From NCBI GenBank assembly GCA_020184695.1, contig JAANOX010000149.1, positions 62,001 to 126,000 of the forward strand: a stretch of 64,000 bases of DNA, in the 5' to 3' direction. The notes below the pieces were generated by a model, which did not search any database, was not told the origin of the DNA, and saw only the letters and a list, made by a program, of their open reading frames with translations. The DNA comes from Histomonas meleagridis 2922-C6/04-290x. Taxonomy: Eukaryota; Protista; Parabasalia. The translations under genes and the position numbers were made by a program. Numbering within the stretch: position 1 is the stretch's first letter; every line of letters begins with the position of its first letter. This document shows positions 22,911-34,797 of the stretch, piece after piece.

Positions 22911-24470
22911 TTAAATAGCAATGCTAATAAATTTTGCCTCCTGTGCATCGTTTTCATCTGTTTTTTCAGGCACCACAATCATGTTTAATTTATTTTCTTG
23001 ACTATTAAAATTCATTTCGATTGCATAACAATTATCATCAATTTGTATCTCGTTAATTTTCTTCGAGTCATCCCATATCCGTACTTTCCCGTCGTTGCAC
23101 CCGACAAATAACAAGCGACGATAATCGTTCGTCTGTAAGATCGATGTTATGCAATTTCCTGTTTCGAGGAGCTTCTTCACCTCGAAGTCTTTTCCAGGCT
23201 CATGCACACGTTCCCACATTCGAACTTTCCCGTCCTCCGAACCAGAGAAGAAGAAGTTGTCCAAGAACGGGAATATGTTACTAATACGTTCTGTGTGTCC
23301 ATAAACTTTTGAAGTACATTTTCCATTTAAGTTATATACATTAATTTCTCCTTGATTTGTGCCAACAATTAATCGATCATTAACAACATCCATACATGAA
23401 ATCTCTTCTTGAAGAACAATTCGCCTCTTTGCTGGTCTTCCTTTAGTAAAATCGATTTGCTCTTTATCAAGTGTCATTATATAATTTATATAATTTTTAT
23501 CTTTTAATATTCCTTTATCGACTGAATCAATGAAATTTTTCTCGAACAGAAACACATTCGATGATATTGAAACGATAATAAATTTGTCATTAAAGCATAA
23601 AAAAGATTCTTCCACCACAAGTGGAGATATAAAACATGTATCAACACACTCAAGTTGTCCCATTCCAACACATGCGAACGCACGAATTCGGACATCGCCT
23701 TGTAAATATATTCGTTTTGCTAAGCTGTCATATTTGATCGATGTGACTTTGTTGAAGAAACCTGTGGGATATTCTTTATATTTATACGATATAACATATC
23801 GTGAATCAGAAAGATTTAAATAACTACATATTAGTGAACCATCAGGATCAAATGTGCCAACTTCGAAATTATCGTAAATTGGAATTTCGTTAACTTGAGG
23901 GTTCCGCTTTTTAATTGGTAGGTTTCTAAGTGGAACAGACATAGGTTGATATTGATGTTGTGGTGGAGGTGGAGGTGGTGATGATGAACGTTGATAATTT
24001 ACTTGAGGTAATGGAATGGGACTTTCACGATTATTGATACCCTCAATCATTTGTTGAGGAAAAATTTTGTGATATAGAATGCCAGGCATAACTGGATAAC
24101 CTTGATGTGAATTATTTTTATATGTCAATGTTTGTAGCAAGTTGTTAGATTTGCCGATTGTGACCATTGGTAAGTTGCTTGCAACAAATCCGGGTTGAAA
24201 ACTATTACTGAACTTAAGAATATTACTTAATTTTGCTATTTTTCTGTTTTTATCTTTGTCTTTGTGGGTTTCATTATTAAACCGACCTTGGACACGCTTT
24301 TTTGTCCAATATTCACTGTCAATTTTTTGAAGCTCTTCAAGACATTGATCAACAATACACATTCTTCCGCTTGAATAGCTTGGGTTTGCATGATAAAGTG
24401 GGTAATATTTGCTAATAATTTCGTTTTCCTCTGTTGTTGGCTGATGTCGATTGTTTTGAAGCTGAATCAT
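22911..24470 (-). CDS. WD40-repeat protein with N-terminal homeodomain-like helix, paralogue A
   Basis: YWTKKRVQGRFNN near the N-terminus, a Pro-rich linker, then GHTERISNIF..FFFSGSEDGKVRMW and LLFVGCNDGKVRIWD. Confidence 0.75.
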   Translation of the reverse strand: MIQLQNNRHQPTTEENEIISKYYPLYHANPSYSSGRMCIVDQCLEELQKIDSEYWTKKRVQGRFNNETHKDKDKNRKIAKLSNILKFSNSFQPGFVASNLPMVTIGKSNNLLQTLTYKNNSHQGYPVMPGILYHKIFPQQMIEGINNRESPIPLPQVNYQRSSSPPPPPPQHQYQPMSVPLRNLPIKKRNPQVNEIPIYDNFEVGTFDPDGSLICSYLNLSDSRYVISYKYKEYPTGFFNKVTSIKYDSLAKRIYLQGDVRIRAFACVGMGQLECVDTCFISPLVVEESFLCFNDKFIIVSISSNVFLFEKNFIDSVDKGILKDKNYINYIMTLDKEQIDFTKGRPAKRRIVLQEEISCMDVVNDRLIVGTNQGEINVYNLNGKCTSKVYGHTERISNIFPFLDNFFFSGSEDGKVRMWERVHEPGKDFEVKKLLETGNCITSILQTNDYRRLLFVGCNDGKVRIWDDSKKINEIQIDDNCYAIEMNFNSQENKLNMIVVPEKTDENDAQEAKFISIAI

Positions 24471-24570
24471 CCTAAAGGTGATTTTGTCAAATTTCTGATA
24501 GGTTTCTAAGAAACATTGGATTTATTAAAATTTTTACTGAATTTTTGTCAGGATAAAATTTTAAAATTAA

Positions 24571-26160
24571 ATGGCAAAAATGTCAAAATATCTTCGAAGG
24601 GGATCCCCGATGACACAGGCCAAGAACAGACATAACGATTCCCAAGCGGAAAAAGATATAATACAGGAGTTTTATGCTCAATATGATGAACATGACAACT
24701 ACTCAAGTAGCCGTGATAGTATTGTTGATAACTGTTTAACCAAACTAAAACAAATAGACGATAATTATTGGACAAAAAAGCATGTTCAAGAACGTTTCAA
24801 TAGTATAACATATAAAAGGAGAACTGTGAAGGTTGCTAAAATGGGAGATAGTTTTTTGACAAATTTTCAACACGGCTTTGTTATACGTCCACCACCGATT
24901 GGGATCGATATTAATGCATTGGGGAACAGTCGTTTTCCAAGTCTAGGCATAACTCATAATCAAGGGTATCGTCTTATCCATATGAACACAGTTCGTCCTG
25001 TGGGTGGCCTAGAAAACGGTGTTTGTTCATCGTCAAGTAGTGATATTTCGGGTATCTCTAGGGCTTCTCCAAAGTCTAGTAGTATTCTATCCAACTTAAA
25101 TTCTCCTGAAATTCCATTACCATCACCTCCACCACCGCCATCTCCTCCTGTTGTCCAATCCCGCGCCATGCCTATCCAACGTATAAATTCCCAAGTTAGT
25201 GAAATTCCAATCGAAGGAGATTTCGAAACGGGGACATTTGATTCTGACGGGTCGCTTATATACAGTTATTGTAATCTCAGTGATGCACGGTATGTTATTT
25301 CATATCGCTGCAGGGAATATCCCACAGGATTCTTCAACAAAGTCACGTCGATCAAATATGACAACTTAGCGCGACGAATATATTTACAAGGCGATGTTCG
25401 AATTCGATGCTTCACCATTGAGAATGAAGCCCTTCGTTGTGTTGACACATGTTTTATCTCACCCACAGTCATTGAAGAATCGTTTTTATGTTTTAACGAC
25501 AAGTTTATCATCGTATTAATCTCATCCACCATCTTTTTATTTGATAAATTCCCCGAATACATACAAAACGAAAGAGTATTATTAGACGAAAATACTTATT
25601 CGAACTTTATCATGACATTAGAAAAGAAAGAAATCGATTTCACGAAAGGACGACCCGCCAAGAAGCGAATTGTCCTACAAGAAGACATCTCGTGTATGAA
25701 CGTTGTGAACGATCGAATAATCATTGGCACGAAGCAAGGCGAAATTAACATATACAACGTAAGTAATGGAAAATGCACATCGAAACTTATCGGACACACA
25801 GAACGTATTAGTAACATATTCCCGTTCTTGGACAACTTCTTCTTCTCTGGTTCGGAGGACGGGAAAGTTCGAATGTGGGAACGTGTGCATGAGCCTGGAA
25901 AAGACTTCGAGGTGAAGAAGCTCCTCGAAACAGGAAATTGCATAACATCGATCTTACAGACGAACGATTATCGTCGCTTGTTATTTGTCGGGTGCAACGA
26001 CGGGAAAGTACGGATATGGGATGACTCGAAGAAAATTAACGAGATACAAATTGATGATAATTGTTATGCAATCGAAATGAATTTTAATAGTCAGGAAAAT
26101 AAATTAAACATTATCGCTACTGACGAAACAGAGGTAAAACACTTTTGTATTTCATGCTGA
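24571..26160 (+). CDS. WD40-repeat protein with N-terminal homeodomain-like helix, paralogue B
   Basis: Same architecture as 22911-24470, arranged head-to-head 100 bp away; YWTKKHVQERFNS. Confidence 0.75.
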   Translation: MAKMSKYLRRGSPMTQAKNRHNDSQAEKDIIQEFYAQYDEHDNYSSSRDSIVDNCLTKLKQIDDNYWTKKHVQERFNSITYKRRTVKVAKMGDSFLTNFQHGFVIRPPPIGIDINALGNSRFPSLGITHNQGYRLIHMNTVRPVGGLENGVCSSSSSDISGISRASPKSSSILSNLNSPEIPLPSPPPPPSPPVVQSRAMPIQRINSQVSEIPIEGDFETGTFDSDGSLIYSYCNLSDARYVISYRCREYPTGFFNKVTSIKYDNLARRIYLQGDVRIRCFTIENEALRCVDTCFISPTVIEESFLCFNDKFIIVLISSTIFLFDKFPEYIQNERVLLDENTYSNFIMTLEKKEIDFTKGRPAKKRIVLQEDISCMNVVNDRIIIGTKQGEINIYNVSNGKCTSKLIGHTERISNIFPFLDNFFFSGSEDGKVRMWERVHEPGKDFEVKKLLETGNCITSILQTNDYRRLLFVGCNDGKVRIWDDSKKINEIQIDDNCYAIEMNFNSQENKLNIIATDETEVKHFCISC

Positions 26161-26350
26161 ATTATTAATAAAGTTAATCAGAATTTCTATTTGATGTGAA
26201 ATGACGTTAACATGTAAAAATATTTAAAGTTTTTGTGTTTATTTCGGTTTATGAGAACGATGTCTATGAATTGTTTTGGATTTCAATGGAATTTATGTGA
26301 CAGAATATGCTTTGATAGAAACCGTAAATATGAAACCGCCCGGTTAAAAT

Positions 26351-26587
26351 GTGGTAAAGGATTTTATTGATGATCTTTATCTGATTTGTGATAATGCAGT
26401 ATTATTCAATAACAAAGATTCTTTAATCGGTTATATTGCACTGGACTTAAGGAATTGGGTTGACAAACAGTACAAAGAAAAATCCTCTTCTCTTGAAGAA
26501 GAATGGGAGAAACGACTCAAAAGTATTGTTTCTCGTCTCCAAAAGCACATTGACAAATCACCAATCCATGTTTCAACAGAAGTATAG
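26351..26587 (+). pseudogene. C-terminal half of a bromodomain (5'-truncated)
   Basis: VKDFIDDLYLICDNAVLFNNKDSLIGYIALDL matches bromodomain helices B-C with the conserved Asn. The N-terminal half is missing. Confidence 0.7.
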
Positions 26588-26970
26588 ATAAACTTTTATT
26601 GTTTTATTAGTCAATAAATTCAACTTGAATACATTGTCCTTTACTATCACACACGTTTTGTTTGATTATGTTACTTTATAAGCTGCAACCTTTATTTATG
26701 ATCTTAATTATAGATGTTTGTATTTTCCTCGAAATTATTTTGATTTTTGTTGATACGACAATTTTTCTTCTTTTCCGTTGTATTAAAAGAACTTGGGGAA
26801 ATGGATTTATTACACTTCCTCATAACGTTTGAAACATGGGAGAGTTATATAATTCCCATTTGTATTCTTTGTGTGATGTGGCGCGATATGGCGGCATTTG
26901 GTGCACGTTTATAATATAAGCCCGCGACGTTAATTCCCTTCTTAATAAAGAAAACTTTTATATATAAAAA

Positions 26971-29527
26971 ATGATTGATATTCAAGAATTAAAAAAACTT
27001 CCAAAGGAACAACCTCGAACTATTCGTTTTTATAAGAAAGGAGGTAGTTATTGCGGGATTGAAGAAGACGCAGAAGTTATCGCACAAAAGTATTTAAGGT
27101 CGATTGGTTCACTTAAAGAAACACAAAATAAAAACAGGACATTATATTAGTATTTCAGAAACGTTATATGTTTCATTATTACGAGATCTTTTTACTTTAC
27201 AACCGAACGTCAGTTGAGTTGTACGAGTTTGAAAGTAATGAATGGAATAAAGTCGTTGAAGCGTCACCAGGTGATATTTCGCAAGTTATTGATTTGATGA
27301 ATAGTGATTTAGATCTTTCCACCACTTCACTTTTGTTATCAATTTCTTGTAATTTTCGGAATGAAGAATATTTATTTGATGCATCATGTTGTGATCCTAC
27401 ATTATTTACAATTTCAACCACTGAATTTTATGATAATTCAAGTTTAAACCATTTTGAAAGTTTAATTACACAAACGATGCCGAGTGAAATTTTATTTTAT
27501 TCTATTCCACCTGAAATATTAATTAATATGAAAGTTATTAGTGAAAAGTTTGAAATTCCATATAAAGAAGTTTCAAGTGTTAAAAATGTTGAAATTGATA
27601 AATTTCCGAATAGTAAAAGTATGAAAGCGTTAGTTAATAATTTACATATTAATTTAAATGAATTTGTTCATCAAACGTTTTCATTAGATGAATTTTTAAC
27701 ATTAGATTATTCGTCAACTAATGCGTTAAATATTTTTCCAGAGAATAATTCATATAAAAAGAATAGTTTGCCTACGTCACTTTACCAATTACTTAATGAG
27801 TGTGTTACGCCGATGGGTTCGCGTTTACTTCATCAATATTTACAACAGCCATTATTAAACATCACAGAAATTGAGAAACGACAACGAATTATCGAATATT
27901 TTTAATAATCATCAAGAAGTTAGTCTTAAAATTAGTAATCATATGAAACAACTTCCAGATATTTCACGATTAATTCGTAAATTTGTAAAGAACAAAAGTA
28001 CATTACAAGATTGTGTTCGTTTATATGATATTGTTCTTGTATCTAAAGATTTGAAAATATTTGAAGAAACAACGAATGATAATGAAATGATTGAAAATTT
28101 TGTTAATGAATATAAAAATATTGAAGAAGAACTTAATAAAGTTCAACGACTTATTGAAGAAACGATTGATTTTGATAAGATTCCACAACATATTTATCGG
28201 ATTAAACCTAATTTTGATGAAACGTTAGGTAACACGTCACAATTAATGGAAGATAAACAAAATGAAATGGAAGAACTTCGACGAAATGTATCCGATGAAA
28301 TTAATATTGAAGAAGATAAAGTTAAACTTGAACGAAGTAATAATATGAAAACATTTTTATTTTCGAATTTCACGTAATTTAGAACGAAACATTCGTAATC
28401 ATGAAGATTTTGAGATTTTAGAAACGCGGAAAGATGGTGTTCGTTTTACGTCATATCAACTTAAGCGAATTATTGAAGAATATTTTGAATATGAGAATGA
28501 ATATGATAACAAACAAAAAGAAATTATTGAAGAATTAATTTGCACATTAAAAGAATTTTCCCCGATATTTCAAATATTAAATGATATCTTTTCGACGATT
28601 GATGTTTTTATATCATTATCGAAAGTATCTATTTCTAATAATTATGTTTGTCCTGAATTTGATAAAACGTCTAATCTTATTTCATTAGAAGAAGCGCGTC
28701 ATCCTCTTATTGAGAAACATTGTTTTAATTTTATTCCTAATACTATTCGAATGGAACGAGGAAATTCATCATTTTTAATTATTAGTGGACCAAACTCAGC
28801 AGGGAAATCTACGTTAATGAAAACAGTTGGAATTTGTATATTTTTATCACATATTGGATCATTTGTTCCATGTCACAAAGCCATCATCCCTATTATTACA
28901 TCTATTCATGCGCGTGTTGGAGCATGGGATTCGGTTCATATGTCTACATTTGCAGTTGAGATGACAGAAATGTCATCTATTTTACAGAATGCTAAGCCTA
29001 CGTCATTAATTCTTGTTGATGAACTTGGGCGTAGCACGAGCAGCAGCGATGGTTTTGGCCTTGCGTGGTCTATTTCTAAACGAATAGCGCGAGACATCGG
29101 ATCATTTACATTATTTGCGACACATTTTCATGAATTATGTAATTTATCGAATGAACTTCCGAATGTATTTAATTGTCATATGGATGCGACTAATAACAAT
29201 GGTATTGTAATGTTATACCAATTACGCCCAGGCCCATTCTCTAAGTCATTTGGTATCGAAGCAGCAGAACATGCAGGATTTCCAGCTTCAGTTATCAAAC
29301 GAGCGAAAGAAAAAGCGATTGAATTAGAAATCGCAGATAATGAAACAGGAGAAGTCCCAACGAAAATTGTTATTGATCAAAATGAACCTTATGTGAAATT
29401 CCTTACGAAAGTTATCGAAATGGATTATGAACATATGGCGATGAATGACGTTATCAATACGATTGAAAAAGCACTTGAAATCTTTGAAGAAGATAAAGAA
29501 AACTCACTTGTCGGTGTTAATAAATAA
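26971..29527 (+). pseudogene. MSH2: MSH2, copy B (frameshifts at different sites from copy A)
   Basis: Same motifs as copy A. Shifts near 27130, 27190, 27900 and 28350 lie in A/T runs. Confidence 0.85.
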
Positions 29528-30442
29528 AGAAAATATGTTTTAAGTAATGATTTTTTGACCACAATACTAAGTATCACCAAATGGTTGTATATATCAAATG
29601 AATTAAGAAATAATTTGGTACAAAAAGAAAAAATAATTTTTCAAAAAACATATTTGCCAATAAAACGCATGTTGTAATTTTTATTTTTTCAGAGAACTAA
29701 TTTTTGAAAGAAGAATTTGTCAAGCAAATTGATAAAATTAATAAAATATTTTTTTTTGTTTGATTTATTCAAGATAATTTTTTATTAAAAAATCTTTTGA
29801 CAGAATATGGTTTAGAAGAAATAAATGCCATTTAATTTTGACCATATGCTATTCTTTATGGAAATTGTTTAAGCAAACACTCAAAAATATTTGAATAGAT
29901 GTGATATAAAATAATTTTAATTTGATAACATCAATATTAACAACACGCCGGGAAAAAATTAAATATAAGTTCTGTGGATTCTTCCTATTATAGCTTGAGC
30001 CAATTCTATTTTGTTTTGTGAGATACATTCACGTGCAATGTCATTGACATTGTTCAGCTGCCAAATAGAGGACATATGCTATTAATGATATCATTAGGTG
30101 TAACTGCTGCTTAACTACTGTACTTGACGAATTAATAACGGAACTGAATGTGACTTAACTTCAATTTGAACATTTCATTTTCATTCATCTCAAATCATTC
30201 GATAAAATTTCAATGATTTTCAAATATTTTTTATCATCACAGTATTCAGCATATTAAAGAAATCAAATAAATGAAAGTTATTACTTTAAATTTTCATTTT
30301 ATTTTATTAAGCACCTTCCGATTGATGGAAGGTGAAGTCATTTAGAAAATGACAGAATAAACCAAGCACAGTAAGTGAAAATTGACTCTGACCAAAATGC
30401 AGAGGCAATTCAGTAGTTTATCACCGTTATAAAGGCCATTAA

Positions 30443-33350
30443 ATGGGAAGAAATAATAATGCATTAAACAGAACATTTCTCACAAAATTACAATCACTCA
30501 ATCAAATTATTCGTAACTTAAATGAAAAAAATATTCCTGAGTCTGTACAATCAATAATTGGTTTATTCAATCGGTGTTCATATTCCCTTAGTTTTGTTAT
30601 TAGTCAACTAATTTATATGTCTTTTCTATCCCAAAAGAAGAATTTTGATATTTATTTATGCTTTCTTAAAGAAATACAATCCAATGAGCAAGAAAATCAA
30701 AGAAAAATAATTTATACTTTTGCAAAGTTTCTTAATAATCTTAAAACATTTGAATCAAATTATCTTCTTTTTGAAATGATTGAACAAAAAATAATTGAAT
30801 CTAAAATTATTTCAAATAAAAAATCTCTATATTTTGTAAATTATAATACAGAAGAAACAAAAAATATGGAATATGATATGGATGATTTTGATGACAAATA
30901 TATAAAAATATTTTGGGAATATTTTAATAGTAATTTAGAAATATTAAAAAAGAATGATTGGGAAGTTCATAAAAAATTAATTAAAGAAGGACATAATCCA
31001 AATGAAATTGCTCAAATAATTCGAAATGATGAAATCGAAAAACTTCAAGAAATATCATCACAGACAAATTTTGATTTTAATCAAACAATTGAACCATCGC
31101 TTTATGAAAGATGTTCATTTATTAATAAAGAAAATGTTACATTAATTGATTATGCAGCATTTTTTTCATCAGTTAAATGTTTTAAATATTTACTTATGAA
31201 TGGTGCTAATATAGAAAATGCAGGTAAATACGCTGTTGCAGGTGGAAATGAAGAAATCACTCATTTGTGTGAACAAAATCATTCATCATTTGAAGGTTCA
31301 TATGAAGCTGCAATTGAATATCATCGAAATAATCTTTTCCATTATCTTTATGAAAATGAAATTATTGAAATCAATAGTTTAGATGAATTAGGAAAAGTAT
31401 GTGTTTCATATCATAACTATGAAATTTTATCATTTTTATTAGAAAATGGAATGGAAATAAATGATGCAATTATATACGAATCTGCAAAAATTGGAAATAT
31501 ATTTCTACTAAAATATTTACTTATAGGAAAAAACCCTCCAAAATTTTTATTACATTATGCAATTGAATCTGGAAACTCTGATCTTGTTAATTTCGTTTAT
31601 TTAAAAACTAATATAAATGGGAAAGGTGTTAATTTATTTTGTATCCTGTTTATTTTTATGTATTAATATTTTAAAATCATGTTTTCAGTTTATATAAATA
31701 ATATAGTATGCCTCTTATATATGCAATTGAAAAAGGTGATATTGAAATTGTTAAAATACTTCTTAAACATAAGAATATAAATATTAATTGTGAAGATATT
31801 TTTTTATAATTTTCGATATTTATTTAAGTTATTTTGGATTAAAATATAATATTTGGTGAGTATTTATATTTCTTTTTACACCACTCATTAGTGCAATTAA
31901 AAAGGAAAATGTAGAAATTGTTAAATTGATTCTTGAACGAAAAGGTATAGATGTTAATTTTAAAAATAAAAATTATATAAATTATTTAAAATTCTAAAAT
32001 ATTATTTGGAAATTCTTCATTATATATGATTCAGCACTTTTGATTGCATCTGAAATAGGTAATAAAGAAATAGTAAAATTACTTCTCGAAAAAAAGGAAC
32101 TCGATATAAATATAAGAAATTATATTTATTTCTTGAATAATTAATTTCAAAATAATATTTGGAAATTATTTAAATTATTTGATACAGCACTTATGAAAGC
32201 ATCTTATGAAGGTCATGCAGAAATAGTTAAAATACTTCTTGAACAAGAAGGAATTGATATTTTTGCTCGAAGCATTTAATTTACGTATTTAATGTTTGTT
32301 TTTGATATTATCGGTTTCATAATAATATTTGGAAATTGTTTATATTGTTTAGTACAGCGCTTATATTTTCCGCTCATAATGGTAATATTGAAACAGTTAA
32401 AATACTTCTAGCACAAAAAGGAGCTGATATAAATGATAAAGATATTTATTCATTAAATAATATGTTTATTTTAAAAATTTGGTATTTATCAATAAAAAAT
32501 GGAGTTTGTTTAAATGATTTTGGTCAGTATTTTTTAGTGCGGTTTTCAATGGAGATGTAGAAATCATCAAATTTCTTCTTGGATATAAAGAAATTGATAT
32601 TAATTCTCCTGATATTTATTAATTTTATTTGAATTTGAATTTTGTGATTTTATATTTCAAAATAATATTTGAAAATAATTTAAATTATTTAAAACACCAC
32701 TTATGGTTGCAACTGAAAATGGTCGAACAAAAGTAGTAAAATTACTTCTTGAACAAGAAGGAATTGATGTAAATGCTGGTGTATTTTAACAATATTTGAT
32801 ATTTATTTGATTAATTTAATGTTTCAAATTTGTACAAAATAATTATTTGAATTATTTTGGACAGCACTTATGTGCGCATCTTCAAATGGATATGCAAAAA
32901 TCGTTAAATATCTTCTTGAATTTAAAGGAATTAATATAAATGCTAAATCTATTTATATATTTTTTATGAAGTTTGTTTTAGTGATTTAATGTTTCAAAAT
33001 AATTATTGGGAATTATTCATGTTATTTTATACAGCTTTTATGTTTGCTGCTTATTATGGGAAAACAGAAGTTGTTAAAGTTTTTCTTGAACACAAAGGAT
33101 TTGATATTAATGAGAGAGGAATTTGTTAGTTTTATTTAAAATTAATTTTATTGATTCGATATTTCATAATTAAATTTGGATTTTATTTGAATAAAATAAA
33201 ACAGCACTTATATTAGCAGCTGAAAATGGAAATAAAGAAATTATTTATTTACTTCTAGGACAAGAAGGAATTGATACGAATATGGATATTCCTGAAACAT
33301 TTCAAGAAGACAATGAAAAAGAAGAAGATAATGAATATTATTATTATTAA
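30443..33350 (+). CDS. DUF3447/ankyrin protein: continuous N-terminal ORF (to 31666) followed by 10 single-ankyrin cassettes split by non-GT-AG spacers
   Basis: DUF3447-type core (PSLYER..TLIDYAAFFSSVKCFKYLL..YAVAGGN..AAIEYHRN). Cassettes start at 31708, 31878, 32031, 32184, 32354, 32524, 32694, 32861, 33031 and 33201; the last runs into a unique acidic tail ending TAA 33350. Expression of the full span is inferred. Confidence 0.7.
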
Positions 33351-34797
33351 TAAATGAAATTAAAAAGAATTGAATTTAACCATATGGAAAATTGAGTTTA
33401 TTATTATTTTTTTTTTAATACTGATAATTATAATAAAGATTGCACACAATGATATCAATATTTTTTGATATTTCATTATTTTGTTTAAAAACAGTGACCC
33501 GCTATAAGTTATATGAGTAACATTGTTTACACAAATATCAGATTAGATTTCGTGGGAGTCACTCTCTATGGTTATTCCAAAAGGTGTGTTGGATACAATT
33601 TTTTGTAAAACATTTTGAAGACCAGAAAAGTTTGTATACAAAGGCTTGACGGTTTTTAGCTCATGTTTTGTGCCAAAAAGATGTGATACTCTGTTTATAA
33701 CTATTATTCATTATCAGATGTATGAAAATAGTGATTACTCATGGGCACATATAATTTATATTGATACATAACACATGCATTATTGGGAAAATGCACTTAA
33801 AATACCTTCCTATAGGACGTGCTCGGATAAATAAACGGTCAAAAACTGCACGTTAAAATAATGAAAATTCATTTTTTTCCATGCCTTTTCAAGAATTGAA
33901 ATAAAATGATACATTACATAAATCTATATTTTAAGTGTGTTTGTTTAAGGTAAGTTTTAGATGGTAATATTCAATGTTGAAAATCCGAGTCTACTTTCTC
34001 TGAATTTTTTTTTTTAAATTGATTAATCTTATCTAAATTTTATGCAAATATCTCAATACCTATGAACTGAACTCAAAATAGACATTGCAACTTATATACC
34101 AAAATAAAATCAAAATCATAATAAGCTGAAGAATGCTTATAATTTCCTGAACTGAACATTGAATTAACCAATAACCGTCACAAATCAGACAACCTAGTGG
34201 ACCGTTAAAAATATAATTGTAGTGTTTTTATTTCAATACTTTATGTGGATACGATTAAAATATACTGATTTTTTCTAAAATAAAACAGAAATACCTATAT
34301 CGAAAATTAATTTATAAACTAATATATGCTATTAAAGAATATAACTATTTATGTATATTATAATTTACTAAAATAATTAGAAATTATAAGAAAAATCGAT
34401 CCGAGCATGTCCTTTCCGATAATTTGCAAATTGTTCATACCTTTCAATTTTAAAAAGTGCCATACGTTCACAATTGTTTCAGTTTACTTATCTTTTTGTT
34501 TCTTTATTTTGCTTTAAATCAAAAGAACTATTACAATAATTTTTCAATGCGTTCACATCCGAAAAATGTTTACATAAAATTTTATATAATATTCTGTTGG
34601 AAAATGCTGTAAACTCGTTGCCACCAGCATATGGTCGTAAACCAACACAAAAATTTACGACACCATAAAAAATTGAACCATTGTATGGTCGTAAAACAAC
34701 TTTTTGAATACATGTGAACTGGCCAGTTCCTTTTTACATCCCAATTGAAATTTCAGAGGGTAAACAAATTGTTAATTCAAAAACTGAGCTTGGTTGT

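Noticed and set aside
31625-33200. Cassette/spacer arrays as a CRISPR array
   Set aside because: The constant-length units are degenerate protein-coding repeats, the intervening parts are mutually homologous rather than unique, the genome is eukaryotic, and no cas genes are present.
31625-33200. Alternative genetic code (stop reassignment) explaining the spacer stops
   Set aside because: All three stop codons occur in spacers, most spacers also shift frame, and normal genes end in TAA/TAG/TGA.
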